From Ministeria vibrans ATCC 50519 (lineage: Eukaryota > Protista > Filasterea): a DNA stretch of 52,932 nt. The notes beneath the pieces were generated by a model. It was not told the DNA's origin. It did no database searches and worked only from the letters and a program-made list of their open reading frames with translations. The stretch is from the NCBI GenBank assembly GCA_943704425.1, contig CALSCP010002104.1, forward strand, positions 1 to 52,932. Direction: 5' to 3'. The position numbers were made by a program, and so were the translations under genes. This document shows positions 47,743 through 52,932 of the stretch, in pieces. The stretch's first letter is position 1. Each line of letters begins with the position of its first letter.

Positions 47743-49365
47743 ATGTCGCTCCGACTTGTGTGTTTGTGTTTGACTCTGAGCGTTGTCGCTGATTGCGCTC
47801 AGACTGCGCCTCCCCGACCCCGCCGCATCGTCATGTCGTCCCTGGGCATGCTCGGGCATGTGCAGACGCTGGTTCCCATTGCGCATGAGCTGATTGCGCG
47901 TGGCGAGGACGTTTTGTGGCTGGCGCCCGATGCGTACACAAACGAAAAACTCCTCAAGGGCATTCCCACCTACGTTCTCCGCGGCGACGTCTACACGCGT
48001 GATTTTGAGCGTGATTTGTGTGCCAACGCAAGTCACATGGCCGAAATTGACGATCAGCTTGGCTTTACCAAACTCATCTTTGAAAACGTGATGTTCAAAA
48101 ACTTTGCTGCAGTGTATCGCGACGCCAAAGAGCAAGTAGACAAGTTTAAGCCGGACGTGATGTTCATTGATTGTCTTTCTAATGCGGTGGGAGCAGCTGG
48201 TAAAGAGGCCGGGGTCCCGATCGTGCTCAATCAACCAGTTGCGCCTTCGATTGTGATGGACGAGAAGACCCCCGGCGGCCTCTCCCCGCGTTCTGCTGAC
48301 GAACTGCGCTCTCCGCTTCTGCGCATCGGCCGCTGGCTGGAGAATCAGCTCATCTTCAACTTTGACGTTGTTGGTCACTACGTGCTGGGTGTCGATGAGC
48401 TCTACGCGTCCGTCGGCTTGACTTATCCTGGATTTGCGGGATTTCTCGACAGCGGCATCGTCATCCACCCGACGTACATTGGCTACGCGTGGCCCCACGC
48501 CGTTCCTTCTAACCACTTCTTTGTGGGCCCCGTGCCGTTGCCCGAGGACCACTTTGACCCGGACAGCTGGAAGCAGCTCGATCAGGCGACCTTGGACTTT
48601 CTCAACAACAATGCGAGCGATGATGGAGTCGCACTGGTGAGCTTCGGCTCGAGCGGGTTCCTGCCGGTCTCGCGCATGGTGGAGATTGCGAAACTGGTGC
48701 GTCTTCTCAACGGTGAGGGAGGGAGCACGGTGCTGCGGATGCGAGTGCTGTGGCGCATGCCGGTGTGGCAGCAGGAGAGTCTGGCAAAGGCAGGTGTGGA
48801 CGTCAGCACCATGCCCAACCTGCGCATTGTCACCTGGCTGACTCCTTCGCTCATGGCCGCCATGGCCCACCCGCGCGTCCGTGTGTTCTTTACGCACTGC
48901 GGTCAATCGTCTCCGTTTGAGGCGATCGCTGCAAACCTGCCGATGGTGGGTGCGGCGGCACTGGCAGACCAGATGGGCAAGGCACATCTGCTGGACTATG
49001 CGGGAGTGGGTCATGCGTCGTCCTTTCCCATCACCGCCCCGACTCTGTTGGAAACTCTTGAGCAGACGATGGAGGAACACGAGTATGCGCGTCTTGTGGA
49101 CAACATGGTGCGGCAGCGCTATCTTGCGCGCAGTGCGGGTGGGTTTAAGCGTGCCGCCGACATTGTGCAGGAGACGGCGCACATTGGCACACGCCATCTG
49201 CGTCCCGTCAACTACGACTGGTCGATGGTGCAGCGTCTCAACATTGACCTGATGGCCATGCTGTGTGTCTTTACGGTGGTTGCGACGCTGTGTGTGTTGT
49301 TCTGCTGCCGTTGCTGTTGCAGTGCGTGCAAGTCGAAGGCGCAGAGGAAGAGCAAGAAGGACTGN
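47743..49365 (+). CDS. UDP-glycosyltransferase copy 2, intronless
   Basis: MSLRLVCLCLTLSVVADCA signal peptide; same motifs as copy 1; stop codon (tg+N) falls at the gap edge. Confidence 0.92.
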
Positions 49366-49462
49366 NNNNNNNNNNNNNNNNNNNNNNNNNNNNNNNNNNN
49401 NNNNNNNNNNNNNNNNNNNNNNNNNNNNNNNNNNNNNNNNNNNNNNNNNNNNNNNNNNNNNN

Positions 49463-49574
49463 GGCCATGCTGTGTGTCTTTACGGTGGTTGCGACGCTGT
49501 GTGTGTTGTTCTGCTGCCGTTGCTGTTGCAGTGCGTGCAAGTCGAAGGCGCAGAGGAAGAGCAAGAAGGACTGA
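49463..49574 (+). other. Repeat of the UGT 3' end after the N-gap (assembly overlap or a third copy)
   Basis: Matches 49253-49364; flanks the gap 49365-49462. Confidence 0.7.
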
Positions 49575-50461
49575 AACCTAAGTATTTTATAATTACCTAA
49601 AAATATACTTGAACAGCGCCCTGCGACGCGCCCCTTCATGATCAGTCATTTCTCTTTTTCTGGACGTGTGTATCGTGATCATAGCTAGGTGTCCATGGAG
49701 GCAGATCAGTCGGTAGGCGCGTCATTGTGGGTGGTGGTGCGACGACCGTTGATTGTTTCGCGCGCGATCTCCCAAGACGCCCACCTGTCGCCGATCGCAG
49801 TTCCAGCGGCCAGAATGTCTAACCCCCTCTCACACAACATATTGACGACGTTTGCGACGTTCCTCGAGGTGCTGAGCGCGAGGCTGTGACGTTTTTCTCC
49901 GCGTGGTCGAAAAGTGAATTGTTGGTAAATAAACCTTTGGTGTGCTCTCTCGGTGAATTTGGTTTTTCATATGCCTCGCCCACTGCGTGACGTATAAATT
50001 GATGTGACAAGGATGTTGTTTTCGGGAAAGACAGGCGAGAGTAGTGCAGGTGCGCAGAGCAGTGAGAGGGAAATCGTCTGGATGGATAATGTCGAAGACC
50101 AAAGGACCCCACAGAGATACCTCGACTGTAACGCCTCTCGATGAGTAAAGTAGAATGATGTATTTATTCGTCGCTATTATCCAAGGCTGCGAAAGGGGAG
50201 TTGAGCTTCTCGTAGTTAGTCGAGCTTTCGAGCAGTTTTTCGCTTGGGACGTGTGGGTGGTAACTCCGCGAGAGAGCGCGTCCGAACACCAACTACAGTT
50301 GGGAAAAATACAAGTTTCGCTCAAACTCGCGCGAGGGCGCTCTCATGACCTGTACACACGTCACGCGAATAACGCGATTGAGCCCAAGCTGCTGAAAATT
50401 TCCGGAATTAAATTTTAGAGGCGCGTTTATGATAGAGAGTAATATAAGTAATATAAACAAT

Positions 50462-51793
50462 TTAGGCGGGGTTGCCGGACACACACACGAGATCAAGGCA
50501 ATAGCGGGGTCCTTTAGCGTCCGGGGCATAGTCACCCAGGTGCGTGCCACAGGTGGAGAAGACGCGGTTGTCGCTGTGCACCACAATGTTGGCCGAAATG
50601 ACCTCGGCCGCACGAAAGGATGGCCAGGTGTGCTCCGCTGTGTCCGCCTGGAAATCGGCAAGTGTGCGGTTCATGGGGGCCATGAAGAGCGGCAGTCCAC
50701 AGACGGGATCATAGAAGGTCGTTACGCCACTTGTGTTCATCGCGCCAAACAGGTTGACGTCGGGACGCGCGTAAAAATTGGCAGGCTCGGCAAAGCCCTC
50801 GAGATCGACATCGCAGCAAATGGCCTCGGCAAGCGTCTCGAGTGGGGTGGTAGGGGGGAACGGCAAGTAGCGCACGGCCAGGCGATCGCTCGCGTTGTAA
50901 CGCAAGTGGCGCTGCAGCGGTCCTTTGCACGTGCTGTTGACGCGCTGCATTGTTGTTGCTTTCTGCAGAGAGCCGGCGGCGATCCAGTCGATGTCCAGCG
51001 AAAAGTTGCCTGCGTGACCCTCCGTCCACAGACCGAGTGCCTGAATGCGCGGAAGGTCGTCGGGCTTGGGACACACCTCGGGGTGACTCGCCGAGCAGCA
51101 GTGGCGCTGTCGCCCAGACGCCTCTGTAGTATTGCAGTCGCCCGTGGCGGGGGACCAGTCGTTACTAAACGCGTCCCAGGGCAGCGACACCGTCGTCCAC
51201 TCGTTGGGTGCCGCGTCGATGCGGAAGCTGGCCTTGAACGACTTGAACTGCGGGTCAATCGTTTTGGCAGCAAAAGACACCTTGAAGCCGCTATATTCAG
51301 GGGTGCTCGAGCGCACACGCAGCAAAAGTCCGTCGGTGCCGGCGGCAGAGGGGAAGTGAGAGGAAAACTCGTTTTTCGTCTCGAGGTTGCAGAATCCGGG
51401 CGCCTGCAGGCTCGGCACGATGTCCACCACGCCAGTCCATGTCATCAACTTCGCTTGCGAGTCAATCTGAAACGTCGAACCAGATACTCCGCCCATCACG
51501 GGGTCGTTGACAAGCTTCCACGGCCGAGACGTGTTGGACGCCGGATCAAAGTCCGCCAGGATTACAAAGGTACTACAAAAGTGTTACTATTTGTAAGAAA
51601 CTAATAGAAGAAGAAGACACTAATAGAGGATAGCCCAATGTTCAAGACAAAACTGTGAGCAGAGCACAAGGTTTTTCTGTAAACAACACTGGGGGAGCAC
51701 GTACCTGGATTCAGACTTTTCCTTCCAATGGAGTGGTGCCGCTGCCACAATGGCGGCCATGAGCATGATCAAGACGATTTGATGAAGCTGCAT
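50462..51793 (-). CDS. Secreted CIA30-like domain fused to a methionine sulfoxide reductase B-like domain
   Basis: Exons 51793-51705 and 51572-50462; signal peptide MQLHQIVLIMLMAAIVAA; WKLVNDPVMGGVS and VPSLQAPGF (CIA30 family); FYDPVCGLPLF, WPSFR, CGTHLGD, GPRYCLD (MsrB-like). Confidence 0.8.
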
Positions 51794-52932
51794 GATCAAG
51801 ACAAAGCTGGTTCTATGGGTTGGAGACCTTTTTATTTTTGGTGAGTGTCATCGAGCGGGCGTCATCACAAAGCCATCACCACCGCAAACATAACAAAAAA
51901 GAAGAGTAGCAAGGTTCGATAGGAATTAGGAGGAAATCCGTCAATGTGGGGTTGCAGACACTTGCAGTTGGAAAGCATGGTAGGAGAATGGAGAGAATAG
52001 AGAATAGATAATGACAAGAGATAGCGACTGCTTTTTTCATTATTTGCGGTTTCAAATCGATCGGTCGTCGGAAAAATATGCTTTTGATGACAATTGTACG
52101 CATGCGCTGTTGCACTACCTGATTGATGTAGCGTCGATGTGTGTCTTTGTTGTCTATCAGACTCTCTACTGAGGTGTAGAATAAATTGGACGAAGAAAAG
52201 GTGAGGAAAAAAGTGTGTGAAAAGTCAACATTCAATCAAGGACTGAGATGATTCGATCGCCGATGCGTCATCGCGGAATGGCCCGTGGTGTGTGGAAGTC
52301 GGTGGGATTGATCAAGTTGCAGCATTTCTTCTGGTGGTACGCAACAATCTGAGGCCATGGGGATGGATTGTAAAGAGAGTGTCATCCAGTCATCCTAGAT
52401 CTAGGATTGCTGGATCTGCCAAAACAAAACAAAAGGAAGCCTCTCCTTGTCGGCGTGTGAAATGTGCGTACGTCTGCGCAACTCACTGCGCAAGGGAAAT
52501 GTTAGCAAACGAGGCTGAAATGCGATACAGACTGGTGACTCACTCACTCACTGACTGACGTCGTAAACGGTGACATCTATGGCAAAGGCAACTTCCGCCG
52601 GTACATAAACAATCCGCGGCAGCCAATAATACTATTGCCATTTACATTTTACCCACTCCCCGTGGGCCGTGGCGGCGGGTCTCTGCTAATAAACGGTGAG
52701 TCCCTAACGATCAGTAGTTTGCGATGATTCAATTTCAATTTCAATAATAATTCATTTTTTTCTTTGTAGTTTGTACATAAACTTATCAACATGCATTCGA
52801 CTCGAGCTCTCTTTGGGTTGGCCGCAAGAGTAGAGCCTGTGAGCAAGGCATTGGGTGCAAGATTACGCGCCTCCAAGGCCCCTTTGACAGTGGTACGTGA
52901 GAATGACAAAAGCGCTTTTTATTAAAAAAAAA

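Noticed and set aside
49463-49574. Definite third UGT gene
   Set aside because: Matches the end of copy 2 across an N-gap; an unmerged contig overlap is the simpler explanation
49689-50420. REV7/HORMA-like start (NILTTFATFLE) on plus and PAS-like FDIIHPDD on minus
   Set aside because: Only short motif resemblance; no phase-compatible continuing exons could be built
51876-52932. Possible minus-strand exons at the right edge
   Set aside because: Splice-like signals exist but no coherent frame or recognisable product

Overview
Compact, intron-rich eukaryotic nuclear DNA: GC-rich exons, AT-rich GT-AG introns mostly 55-100 nt, TTAGGG-type repeats and two N-gaps. A flagellar assembly gene (LRRC6/DNAAF11), a Hedgehog-type Hog domain, a tCWCH2 zinc finger, an animal-type ER UGT and a receptor TKL kinase suggest a flagellated unicellular eukaryote, plausibly a holozoan (inference only). 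By splicing manually I reconstruct about 18 genes. In order: Hog/Hint autoprocessing protein, Myb/SANT-like ORF, Gli/Zic/Zap1-type transcription factor, TKL-SAM kinase, NAC-alpha (preceded by an orphan LSM14 exon), peroxisomal bacterial-type citrate synthase, apicomplexan-type thioredoxin reductase, VPS13B, GH79 glycosidase, a secreted coiled-coil protein with resistin-like Cys modules, aldo-keto reductase, Kelch-EGF receptor kinase, DNAAF11, CCDC191, WDR6, two tandem UGTs and a secreted CIA30-MsrB-like fusion. The most notable observations are the Hog gene about 3 kb from a Gli-like factor, the LSM14-exon/NACA junction, the CGGGKCG TrxR whose last Cys lies in a 9-nt terminal coding exon, the resistin-like secreted protein and the variable-N/constant-C UGT pair. 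All family assignments come from recognising motifs by eye; no database search was run.
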